Part shown: positions 56,247 to 64,000 of the stretch, piece after piece
Numbering within the stretch: the first letter of the stretch is position 1
How the letters are laid out: each line of letters opens with the position of its first letter
DNA from: a virus
IMG/VR virus record: IMGVR_UViG_3300023179_000032
Location: 57,983 to 121,982 of that record
Length of the DNA: 64,000 nt
Strand: one strand, 5' to 3'
Program-made: the position numbers and the translations under genes
Notes under the pieces: model-generated
The model's input: the letters and a program-made list of their open reading frames with translations, nothing else
The model's database searches: none
What the model was told of the DNA's origin: nothing

Positions 56247-57233
56247 ATGGCAGCTCAACCCAAAGTTGAATTATTTAGTGGTCGTGTAAAGAAAGTCGCA
56301 GCTCGCGACATCATGACCAAAGGTTACGGTACCGGAGCAACTAGATATGAGGTACGTACCGAAGGCGAACCAAAAAGGGACGGCTACTTAAAGCTAAGTG
56401 AAGCTGAACCAAACCTGTTTGTTCCATGGCGTAGTGTAAATTCTGAAACCAATATTGCCACTGATGCTAATCCAAGATCAGTAGTAGGTATTGATAAGGT
56501 CAGCTACCCATCAGGTCAAACTCCAGCTAATCAAACTCTACGTGCTATGCTATTGTCTGATAATGCTGGTAACAGAACTTGGACTAATAAAATTGCTATT
56601 GATGCTAATGATAACATGATCATCAACAGTAACTTGTTTGTTAATGGTACAACAGTTGAAGTCAATGTACAACAAACCACAGTAGATGACCCAATCATTA
56701 CTATTGGTGGTGATATCGAAGATAATGTAACTGAAGATAATGGCCAAACAGATCGTGGTATTGAATTCCGTTGGTGGGATCCAACTGCTAACGATAACCA
56801 AGGTGCACCTAAATTAGGTTTCTTTGGATTTAAGGCTAGCACACGTACATTTACATTTATTCCCAGTGGTCGTAACGAAAATGAAATCTTTATTGGTGAT
56901 AGTGGTACAAGTGAGGGCGCTTTTGAAGTTCCAAACTTGAGCACACAGAATATTTTTACACCAACAGATGTTAATTTGCGTATAGCCCCAGGTGGCAGTG
57001 GTACAGTGGTCATTGAAAGTGCTATTACACAAGGTAGTTGGCGTGCTGATGTTATTGAAGTTGGATACGGTGGTACAGGTCGTGTTGAATTACCAGAAGG
57101 TGGTATACTATTTGGTAATGGTGATGACCCAGTTGGCGTAACTAACCCAGCATTGGCTAATGGTAGTTTATTACAGAGCGATTTAGGGGGTAGACCTTAC
57201 TTTAGCAACATAGTAGATTGCGGCACGTTCTAA
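56247..57233 (+). CDS. Fibre-like structural protein
   Basis: NLFVNGTTVEVNVQQTTVDDPIITIG...DRGIEFRW motif, VGYGGTGR fibre motif, C-terminal VDCGTF. Confidence 0.7.
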   Translation: MAAQPKVELFSGRVKKVAARDIMTKGYGTGATRYEVRTEGEPKRDGYLKLSEAEPNLFVPWRSVNSETNIATDANPRSVVGIDKVSYPSGQTPANQTLRAMLLSDNAGNRTWTNKIAIDANDNMIINSNLFVNGTTVEVNVQQTTVDDPIITIGGDIEDNVTEDNGQTDRGIEFRWWDPTANDNQGAPKLGFFGFKASTRTFTFIPSGRNENEIFIGDSGTSEGAFEVPNLSTQNIFTPTDVNLRIAPGGSGTVVIESAITQGSWRADVIEVGYGGTGRVELPEGGILFGNGDDPVGVTNPALANGSLLQSDLGGRPYFSNIVDCGTF

Positions 57234-57240
57234 CCAAAAT

Positions 57241-57248
57241 TATAAATA
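57241..57248 (+). promoter_or_regulatory. T4-type late promoter TATAAATA
   Basis: Exact consensus 131 nt upstream of ATG 57380. Confidence 0.7.
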
Positions 57249-57316
57249 GTCTGTAAAGACTTTTTGAACAAAGAGTTAAAATGATCCGCAATGATTTGTT
57301 ATCTATTATCTTGAGC

Positions 57317-57345
57317 AAAAAAGGGTCTGTACAAGGCCCGTTTTT
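57317..57345 (+). terminator. Terminator-like hairpin inside a late leader
   Basis: AAAAAA-GGGTC-TGTACAA-GGCCC-G-TTTTT. Confidence 0.45.
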
Positions 57346-57379
57346 GTATGTAGCGACAGGAAGGGGGTTTGAATCTTAA

Positions 57380-59500
57380 ATGGCAGCACAACAAAAAGTA
57401 GAACTTTTTAGCGGCCGTGTTAAAAAGATTAAACCTACCAAGGTCAGCGAGCAGAGGTACGATTTCCTAAAACTTAGTGAAGCCGAGCCAGATTTAGGCG
57501 TTCCTGAAACTACTGACAGCGCAGACGTCAGACGTGTACTATTAACAGATAAGAACGGTAAACGCTACTGGAGTGACACACTTCAGATAGATGAAAATGG
57601 TGACTTTCAAAGCACTGGACAAATTCAAGCAGATGCTTTTCATACAGAAAGATTAGAAATAACTGATTCTGGCTTAAATGCTAGATTTAATAACGAAGAT
57701 ATAGAACTTAACACAAATGGTGATTTACAAACTACAGGATTAGTTAAGTTTGATACAGCAATGGGTGTAAAAATAGGCAACCCAGATCAAGGAGCACTAA
57801 TAAGTAGAGCAGTTGCAATGAATACTGCTACACCAGTTAGCAGAGGAATGGCACAAATGAATTTTATTTTAGGAAAGTTAGTACCAAAACCACCACCAAA
57901 TTTTCCTAAACTAAAAAGTGGCGCTAGCCAAACATTAGCTATACAAAGTGTAAGTACTTATCGTATGTGTAATTTCACACAGACTGATAATACTAGCAGC
58001 AATCGTAATGTAGCTGCTGGGTCTTCTGTAGCTCTTGTTCGTAGATCAAGTAGTTATACAACAAATTATATAGAAAATTGTGGTCCTGGTGATAGGGGTA
58101 CAGTTACAATTTATAAAAACGGTGTTGCTAGTGGTGCAAAAGCTTTAACTGATGGTCTACAGGAAGATGAAGATGAAACAGCAGGTAATTATTTACTAGG
58201 TACAGATAACGGCCTATTCAATAATTTACGCATTGCAGATGATAAAGACTACGCTCTTACAGCTAACCCAGCAATAAGTCCCCTATTTTGGCAAACATTT
58301 GATGCTAGAGGTGAAGGCACTATAACAGAAGGCTGGAATGAAGTATATATAACACATAATAATTTATTTCCAGAAACTGTTCCAGCTACAGTAGGAACAA
58401 CAAATATAGCCTATTGGTACTATGATGCTAGTACACCTGGTAGTCCAGTATTCAGTAATGTTACTTTTGCGCCAAGTGGAACAGCGCAGGTAATTTACAG
58501 CAGTGGAATACCTCACTACACCAATGCTCAAGAGTTTACACTAGGGTTTGACATTGCTAAATTGAGTGGTGATATGTACCCAACAGATAATACATTTATT
58601 ACTAGTTCAGGTGGTGGAGCATTTAATGCACCTACTACTTTGACCTATGCTAGTGCAGGAATAACTACACCGTTACCAAGGAATTATTTAGCTAGTACTA
58701 CATTAAGATTAACAACTACAGTAACCGTTAAAAATGGCGCCGGTTTAAGTAGTAGTCCAGTAAGCTTAACAGCAGACAATAGTTATGGTACAACTACACA
58801 GAATTTTACACCCACTAGTGGGGTATTATTCAAAACAGGAACAAGTAATACTGGTGTAGAAGAAACTAATATTTCAGTCCCATCGTCAGGTTTTGGCAGC
58901 GGAAGTGGTGCTGCTTATAGAATAATATTTGCAGGATCTACCGATACACCATCATTCACAGCCAGTGCCGCAGCTTGGAATAGTCAAAGCACTACATTAA
59001 ATACTTATGATGCTGTAGTAGTTGCTGCATCTACAGGACAAATGGTCCTTAAACACGATGATACAGATTATAGTACAGGATTTTTACCAGTAGGCCCAAA
59101 TTATAGTGCGGGAAGAACTGGTGCTCAATACTTTACTTTTAAGTTTGTTAGAGGTGCTATCAGTAAGTTTAATATCAGCATCAATGGAAAAATTAGTGGA
59201 TTGTGGGTGGCACTTCCAGGCAGTAGTATAGACACTACTAGTACATTGAATGGTTGGTTAAGAATGGATCAAGCCTATACTGGATCAGGTGTTCCTGGTG
59301 CAGGCACGGGAGGTAATAGTTCAAATGGATGTAGTATTGGTGGTACAGTGACATTAGGCAGTAATACTAATCAAAGTAGAACATGTACTTTTGGTACTTT
59401 AAGTAGTAGCGGAACTGGAACTACAGAAATTTATGTAAGAATTAAATTGGTAGCAGGTGATTCAGTTACAGCGTTAAGCATAGTAGGAGCAACTAACTAA
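57380..59500 (+). CDS. Fibre/appendage structural protein (paralog of 30465-33245)
   Basis: QMNFILGKLVPKPPPNFP, QYFTFKFVRGAISKF and EIYVRIKLVAGDSVTAL match motifs in 30465-33245. Confidence 0.7.
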   Translation: MAAQQKVELFSGRVKKIKPTKVSEQRYDFLKLSEAEPDLGVPETTDSADVRRVLLTDKNGKRYWSDTLQIDENGDFQSTGQIQADAFHTERLEITDSGLNARFNNEDIELNTNGDLQTTGLVKFDTAMGVKIGNPDQGALISRAVAMNTATPVSRGMAQMNFILGKLVPKPPPNFPKLKSGASQTLAIQSVSTYRMCNFTQTDNTSSNRNVAAGSSVALVRRSSSYTTNYIENCGPGDRGTVTIYKNGVASGAKALTDGLQEDEDETAGNYLLGTDNGLFNNLRIADDKDYALTANPAISPLFWQTFDARGEGTITEGWNEVYITHNNLFPETVPATVGTTNIAYWYYDASTPGSPVFSNVTFAPSGTAQVIYSSGIPHYTNAQEFTLGFDIAKLSGDMYPTDNTFITSSGGGAFNAPTTLTYASAGITTPLPRNYLASTTLRLTTTVTVKNGAGLSSSPVSLTADNSYGTTTQNFTPTSGVLFKTGTSNTGVEETNISVPSSGFGSGSGAAYRIIFAGSTDTPSFTASAAAWNSQSTTLNTYDAVVVAASTGQMVLKHDDTDYSTGFLPVGPNYSAGRTGAQYFTFKFVRGAISKFNISINGKISGLWVALPGSSIDTTSTLNGWLRMDQAYTGSGVPGAGTGGNSSNGCSIGGTVTLGSNTNQSRTCTFGTLSSSGTGTTEIYVRIKLVAGDSVTALSIVGATN

Positions 59501-60894
59501 TGGCTGTCGTTGATAAACAAAAGGTTGACTTACTCTATAAGAAACTTTTCGGTGTAACCAAAACTGATTTTAGTACACTTAAAGGTGCTAGTAACGAATC
59601 TATAGCCAGCCCTGCACTGATACGTGGTGACACTGTTTGGACACAGTCCAATAGCATTATTAAAGCTCCGGCATTACCAGCAGCAGTACCCAGTATTGTT
59701 GAAAGTAGAACAATACAATGTGTACCAGATGAAACAACTACACCTATAGGTGGTGTTTACCCAACCTGGATAGCCAAAGCAGGTGCTACAAGTTATACAA
59801 ATTGGATTCCACCAGAGTTTGGCCCTGGGTATTTGATTGAAGTTTTTATAGGTAATCCTGCTAGTGGTGGTACTAAAATATTTGATGCTGGTATTAATGA
59901 CAAAGGTGCATACTATTTTGACTATATGTCAGGCGTACTTAATTTTACTAATTATTTAGATAATAGTAATAGTAGTAATGTAATACCAGATGGTCTAAGT
60001 GGTAATAGTATTTGGGTAAGAGGTTATAGATATATTGGTTTTGTTGGTATTACAGATCAACAAGAGGGTAAATTTGGTAATTTACAATTAATAGATAATA
60101 CAATTACAGCTATCAATACAGTTGCTAATCAACCAGCACCTGGTGATGTTATAATTAAACCAAGATTAAGTGGTTTTGTTAGGTTACAAGGTAGTAGAGT
60201 TACTCAACACGCTAGTGATACTACTACTGGTTATGATAGTGGCCAACAATTCAATACCATATACGAAAAAACAAGTTTATTAGCTAGAGCTTCAACACTG
60301 AATGAACAAGAAAAAGAAGCTACTTTAGATGGATTAACCCCTGGTGCAACAAACAGATTTGTACTGGCGAATAATTATACTTACAAAATTAATGTTAATG
60401 TGACAGCCAAATTAGATGGAGGCACAGATAGTGCCATATGGAACATAGATTTTTTAGCAAGCAGAGGAGCAAGTGCATCGACAACACAGATAATTGGAAA
60501 TACTATAACTGAGAAAGTAGCAGGTAGTGCAAGCACTGCTGTTACTATAGTTAATGTTGCTGCTGGAAGTTTTGTGGTTAACAAAGTTTATAAAATTAAA
60601 ACATTAGGTACTACAACAGTTTGGGCCGACGTGGCCTTAAACAATGCTGTAGATTTTGAAGTAGGTACAGTGTTTACAGCAAAGGCTGCTGGTGTAGGAA
60701 ATGGCACTGCTGATGAATACTTAACACCTGCTGAACAATTGGCTAAGAGTTGGGGTGTAAGAGCCTTAGCAGACAAAGATAATGGTTTAATAAAAATTTT
60801 AGTTAAGGGACCTGAAAAAATTACAGGATCGGATCCAGATAAAACCATCAAATGGTTAGTAGCGATAAATACATTGGACATTTTTGAGACCTAA
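59500..60894 (+). CDS. Structural protein (N-terminal paralog of 33258-35369)
   Basis: KVDLLYKKLFGVTKTD...SNESIASP...WIPPEFG...YYFDYMSGVLNF; carries an AGSFVVNKVYKIKTLG module. Confidence 0.7.
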   Translation: MAVVDKQKVDLLYKKLFGVTKTDFSTLKGASNESIASPALIRGDTVWTQSNSIIKAPALPAAVPSIVESRTIQCVPDETTTPIGGVYPTWIAKAGATSYTNWIPPEFGPGYLIEVFIGNPASGGTKIFDAGINDKGAYYFDYMSGVLNFTNYLDNSNSSNVIPDGLSGNSIWVRGYRYIGFVGITDQQEGKFGNLQLIDNTITAINTVANQPAPGDVIIKPRLSGFVRLQGSRVTQHASDTTTGYDSGQQFNTIYEKTSLLARASTLNEQEKEATLDGLTPGATNRFVLANNYTYKINVNVTAKLDGGTDSAIWNIDFLASRGASASTTQIIGNTITEKVAGSASTAVTIVNVAAGSFVVNKVYKIKTLGTTTVWADVALNNAVDFEVGTVFTAKAAGVGNGTADEYLTPAEQLAKSWGVRALADKDNGLIKILVKGPEKITGSDPDKTIKWLVAINTLDIFET

Positions 60895-60903
60895 GGAACA
60901 ACG

Positions 60904-61140
60904 ATGACGTTGCGCTGGAATATTGATTTTGACACCGCAGACGTAGATTTTGGCTACGTCACAGTTCCTACAGCTCATAATTCTAACATTTCTTACGAGA
61001 ATATTTTTTACTGTAAGCCAGTAAAATATGATGTCGATAGCAACCGTAAATTTTACAAATATCAATCGCTATTTTCTTCACACTATTGGCTAAAGAATGA
61101 TAGTACTCGTCATGCTTTAAGCCAAGGTGTGGACGAGTGA
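60904..61140 (+). CDS. Hypothetical 78-aa protein
   Basis: AAGGA ribosome-binding site; its TGA overlaps the GTG start of the next gene (GTGA). Confidence 0.55.
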   Translation: MTLRWNIDFDTADVDFGYVTVPTAHNSNISYENIFYCKPVKYDVDSNRKFYKYQSLFSSHYWLKNDSTRHALSQGVDE

Positions 61141-64000
61141 GTGTATTAAAGCGATATTTCCAAGGCACACAAGGACTCCAAGACGGTTGGCGCTCCATAA
61201 TGATTGGAGAGCCAGGAAGCCAAGGTATTCAAGGCTTCCAAGGAACCAGTGCTATAGGTGGATTTTATCTCCACGAACAAAAAACACCTGCTACTACTTG
61301 GTATGTTACCCATAACTTAGGCGCTAAAATTGTAGTTGTACAATTAGCCAATGCTGCCTTGCAGAGTATTGACGAGGGTAAACCAGGCAGTCCATATATT
61401 GAATTTGTTGACAATAGTAACATTAGGATTTATTTTGATACTCCTACAGCAGGTTATGCTGCTATTACTAGTGGTGGTGGCTTACAAGGTATACAGGGTA
61501 TACAAGGTGTACAAGGTATACAAGGTGGATTTGGTCCACAGGGTGTTACAGGTAGACAAGGTATACAGGGTATACAAGGTATTACAGGTTTAGGATTTAC
61601 ATGGCGTGGTCTTTGGGATGTTAATGACGCATATGATATTAATGATGTTGTATACTACAATGGTGGTAGTTGGGTAGCAATACAACCTAGCCAAGGTCAG
61701 GCAGCACCTTATGTAGGAAGTGCTTATTGGGAGTTGATGACAGCCCAAGGACCACAAGGTATTCAAGGTATTCAAGGTAGATTTGGTCCACAGGGTCCAC
61801 AGGGACCACAAGGTATACAGGGTATTCAGGGCAATTTAGGTAATCAAGGTATTCAAGGTATTCAAGGTATTCAAGGACGCAGTATTTTATGGAAGGGATA
61901 TTGGGACGATAATACTGAATACTTCGTTGGTGATATGGTCTACTATGATGGTGGTAGCTGGGTCAGTATTGCTGATAATAATATCAATAACCGTCCTTAC
62001 TTTGGTAGCTCATATTGGGAAAAGAGTACTAGTCAAGGTATTCAAGGCTTACAAGGTGTACAAGGTGTACAAGGTGTACAAGGTGTACAAGGTGTACAAG
62101 GTATTCAAGGTATTCAAGGTGTAGGTTTCCAATGGCGTGGAACTTGGAGTGCTACAGAAGAATATGATATTAACCATACAGTATACTATAATGGTTTCTC
62201 TTATGTAAGTTTAGTAAGATTTAATATTGGAAATCGACCAGATCTTCCAGAAAATGATAGTAAATGGGACATTGTTGCTGCTCAAGGTATTCAAGGTTTA
62301 CAAGGTGTACAAGGCGTACAGGGCGTACAAGGTGTACAGGGCGTACAGGGCGTACAGGGCGTACAGGGCGTACAAGGTGTACAAGGCGTACAGGGAGTCC
62401 AAGGCGTACAGGGCATACAGGGCGTACAAGGTATCCAAGGTGTACAGGGTATCCAAGGTGTACAGGGTATCCAAGGTTTCAGTATTTTATGGCAAGGACA
62501 ATGGCTAACAACTACAACATATAATACTAATCATGTAGTATATTACAACGGTAGTAGTTGGATTAGCTTACAGGATAATAATTATAATCATAGACCCCCA
62601 AGTTTTCCAGTGACGGAAAATAGTTGGTGGTCACTAATGAGCGCCCAAGGTATTCAGGGCGTACAGGGTGTTCAAGGTGTCCAAGGTGTCCAAGGTGTCC
62701 AAGGTGTCCAAGGTGTACAGGGCGTTCAAGGTGTACAAGGCGTACAGGGTGTACAGGGTGTACAGGGTGCTCAAGGTGTACAAGGCGTACAAGGTGTACA
62801 AGGCGTACAGGGAGTCCAAGGCGTACAAGGCGTACAAGGCGTACAAGGTGTACAAGGCGTACAAGGTGTACAGGGTGTACAAGGCGTACAAGGCGTACAA
62901 GGTGTACAAGGTGTACAGGGCGTACAGGGTGTACAAGGTGTACAAGGTGTACAGGGTGTACAAGGTGTACAAGGTGTACAGGGCGTACAGGGCGTACAGG
63001 GTGTACAAGGCGTTCAAGGCGTTCAAGGTATCCAAGGTCGTGGATTTAACTGGAAAGGCGTTTGGTCATCCACCCAAACTTATTTTACAAATGATTCTAT
63101 ATTTTATAATGGTAGTGCTTATGTTAGCCTATATAATTTTAATATAGGAAAACAGCCAGATTTAGAATGGGATCCAGATGCTTGGGATGTAATTGCTAGT
63201 CAAGGTATCCAAGGCTTACAAGGTGTACAAGGCGTACAAGGCGTACAAGGCGTACAGGGCGTTCAAGGTGTACAAGGTGTACAAGGTGTACAGGGCGTAC
63301 AAGGCGTACAAGGTGTACAGGGTGTACAGGGCGTTCAAGGCGTTCAAGGTGTCCAAGGCGTTCAAGGTGTACAGGGCGTTCAAGGTGTCCAAGGTGTACA
63401 GGGCGTTCAAGGTGTCCAAGGCGTTCAAGGCGTTCAAGGTGTTCAAGGCGTTCAAGGCGTTCAAGGCGTTCAAGGTGTACAGGGTGTACAGGGCGTACAA
63501 GGTGTACAAGGTGTCCAAGGCGTACAGGGCGTACAGGGTGTACAAGGCGTACAGGGTGTACAAGGCGTACAAGGTGTACAAGGTGTACAAGGCGTACAGG
63601 GTGTACAAGGCGTACAGGGTGTACAAGGTGTACAGGGTGTACAAGGTGTACAGGGTGTACAAGGTGTTCAAGGCGTACAGGGCGTACAGGGTGTACAAGG
63701 TGTACAGGGTGTACAGGGTGTACAGGGTGTACAGGGTGTTCAAGGCGTACAAGGTATTCAAGGTTTTGGTATTATTTGGCGAGGAATGTATGACTTCAAT
63801 GTCAGATATTATCAAAATGAAGTTGTTTTCTATAATGGCGCAAGCTGGATCGTAAAATACACAGGAGTAGAAGGAGTTACACCTGGTGCTCAAAATCCAA
63901 CTACAGTTCCAGGTCCAGAATACAATGATACTTATTGGGAATTAGTAGCCAGCCAAGGTATTCAAGGTGTACAAGGTGTACAAGGCGTTCAAGGTGTACA
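61137..64000 (+). CDS. Collagen-like fibre protein with alternating (Gln-Gly-Val)n blocks and Trp-rich CBM5/12-like modules (partial; continues beyond the right edge)
   Basis: Not in the track because it runs off the window. The frame opens after TAG 61101-61103; GTG start at 61137; CAA-GGT codons are in the same frame at 61221, 62034, 62283, 62646, 63201 and 63954; six W(R/K/Q)G-x-W/Y...Y(N/D)G...W modules. Confidence 0.85.
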   Translation, partial: MSVLKRYFQGTQGLQDGWRSIMIGEPGSQGIQGFQGTSAIGGFYLHEQKTPATTWYVTHNLGAKIVVVQLANAALQSIDEGKPGSPYIEFVDNSNIRIYFDTPTAGYAAITSGGGLQGIQGIQGVQGIQGGFGPQGVTGRQGIQGIQGITGLGFTWRGLWDVNDAYDINDVVYYNGGSWVAIQPSQGQAAPYVGSAYWELMTAQGPQGIQGIQGRFGPQGPQGPQGIQGIQGNLGNQGIQGIQGIQGRSILWKGYWDDNTEYFVGDMVYYDGGSWVSIADNNINNRPYFGSSYWEKSTSQGIQGLQGVQGVQGVQGVQGVQGIQGIQGVGFQWRGTWSATEEYDINHTVYYNGFSYVSLVRFNIGNRPDLPENDSKWDIVAAQGIQGLQGVQGVQGVQGVQGVQGVQGVQGVQGVQGVQGVQGVQGIQGVQGIQGVQGIQGVQGIQGFSILWQGQWLTTTTYNTNHVVYYNGSSWISLQDNNYNHRPPSFPVTENSWWSLMSAQGIQGVQGVQGVQGVQGVQGVQGVQGVQGVQGVQGVQGVQGAQGVQGVQGVQGVQGVQGVQGVQGVQGVQGVQGVQGVQGVQGVQGVQGVQGVQGVQGVQGVQGVQGVQGVQGVQGVQGVQGVQGVQGIQGRGFNWKGVWSSTQTYFTNDSIFYNGSAYVSLYNFNIGKQPDLEWDPDAWDVIASQGIQGLQGVQGVQGVQGVQGVQGVQGVQGVQGVQGVQGVQGVQGVQGVQGVQGVQGVQGVQGVQGVQGVQGVQGVQGVQGVQGVQGVQGVQGVQGVQGVQGVQGVQGVQGVQGVQGVQGVQGVQGVQGVQGVQGVQGVQGVQGVQGVQGVQGVQGVQGVQGVQGVQGVQGVQGVQGVQGVQGVQGIQGFGIIWRGMYDFNVRYYQNEVVFYNGASWIVKYTGVEGVTPGAQNPTTVPGPEYNDTYWELVASQGIQGVQGVQGVQGV
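62034..63767 (+). repeat. 9-bp CARGGYGTN repeat blocks encoding collagen Gly-X-Y triplets
   Basis: Blocks of 10 (62034), 22 (62283), 44 (62646) and 63 (63201) units separated by Trp-rich modules. Confidence 0.9.

Noticed and set aside
62034-63767. CRISPR array
   Set aside because: 9-bp contiguous coding units with no unique spacers; no cas genes.
61351-63893. YKV-, TLY- and RRT-repeat ORFs in the track
   Set aside because: Alternate-frame and antisense readings of the 9-bp collagen repeat; the QGV frame is continuous and includes the globular modules.
1-64000. Stop-codon reassignment, tRNA genes, integrase or transposase
   Set aside because: TAA, TAG and TGA all end full-length conserved genes, and a 20-kb ORF is intact in the standard code; no tRNA cloverleaf with a T-loop or recombinase motif was recognised by eye (a tRNAscan run would confirm).

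Overview
This 64-kb window comes from a large, AT-rich, T4-related (jumbo) myophage genome and uses the standard genetic code. It holds: (i) a minus-strand baseplate operon (gp6, partial at the left edge; gp25; gp5-like; hub; gp53-like; tube-like); (ii) a sigma70-driven operon with the gp55-like late sigma factor, gp47/gp46, an Hc1-like basic protein and a GIY-YIG nuclease, followed directly by a ~350-nt, ~50% GC, densely base-paired non-coding element; (iii) a gp26-like hub chaperone with an apparent -1 frameshift extension, divergent from a 1566-aa tape-measure-like protein; (iv) the head cluster (portal, protease, scaffold, major capsid) interleaved with methyltransferase- and glycosyltransferase-like genes; and (v) ~36 kb of fibre/appendage genes, including a 6792-aa giant protein and a collagen-like fibre gene that runs off the right edge. 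Late genes are preceded by a (TA)TAAATA motif. The most striking observation is that the giant protein carries 34 repeats with a C-x-(R/E/A)-D motif and helical pattern resembling the bilin-binding globin domain of phycobiliproteins. No tRNA, rRNA, CRISPR array, integrase or transposase was recognised. All family assignments come from motif recognition by eye; no searches were run.
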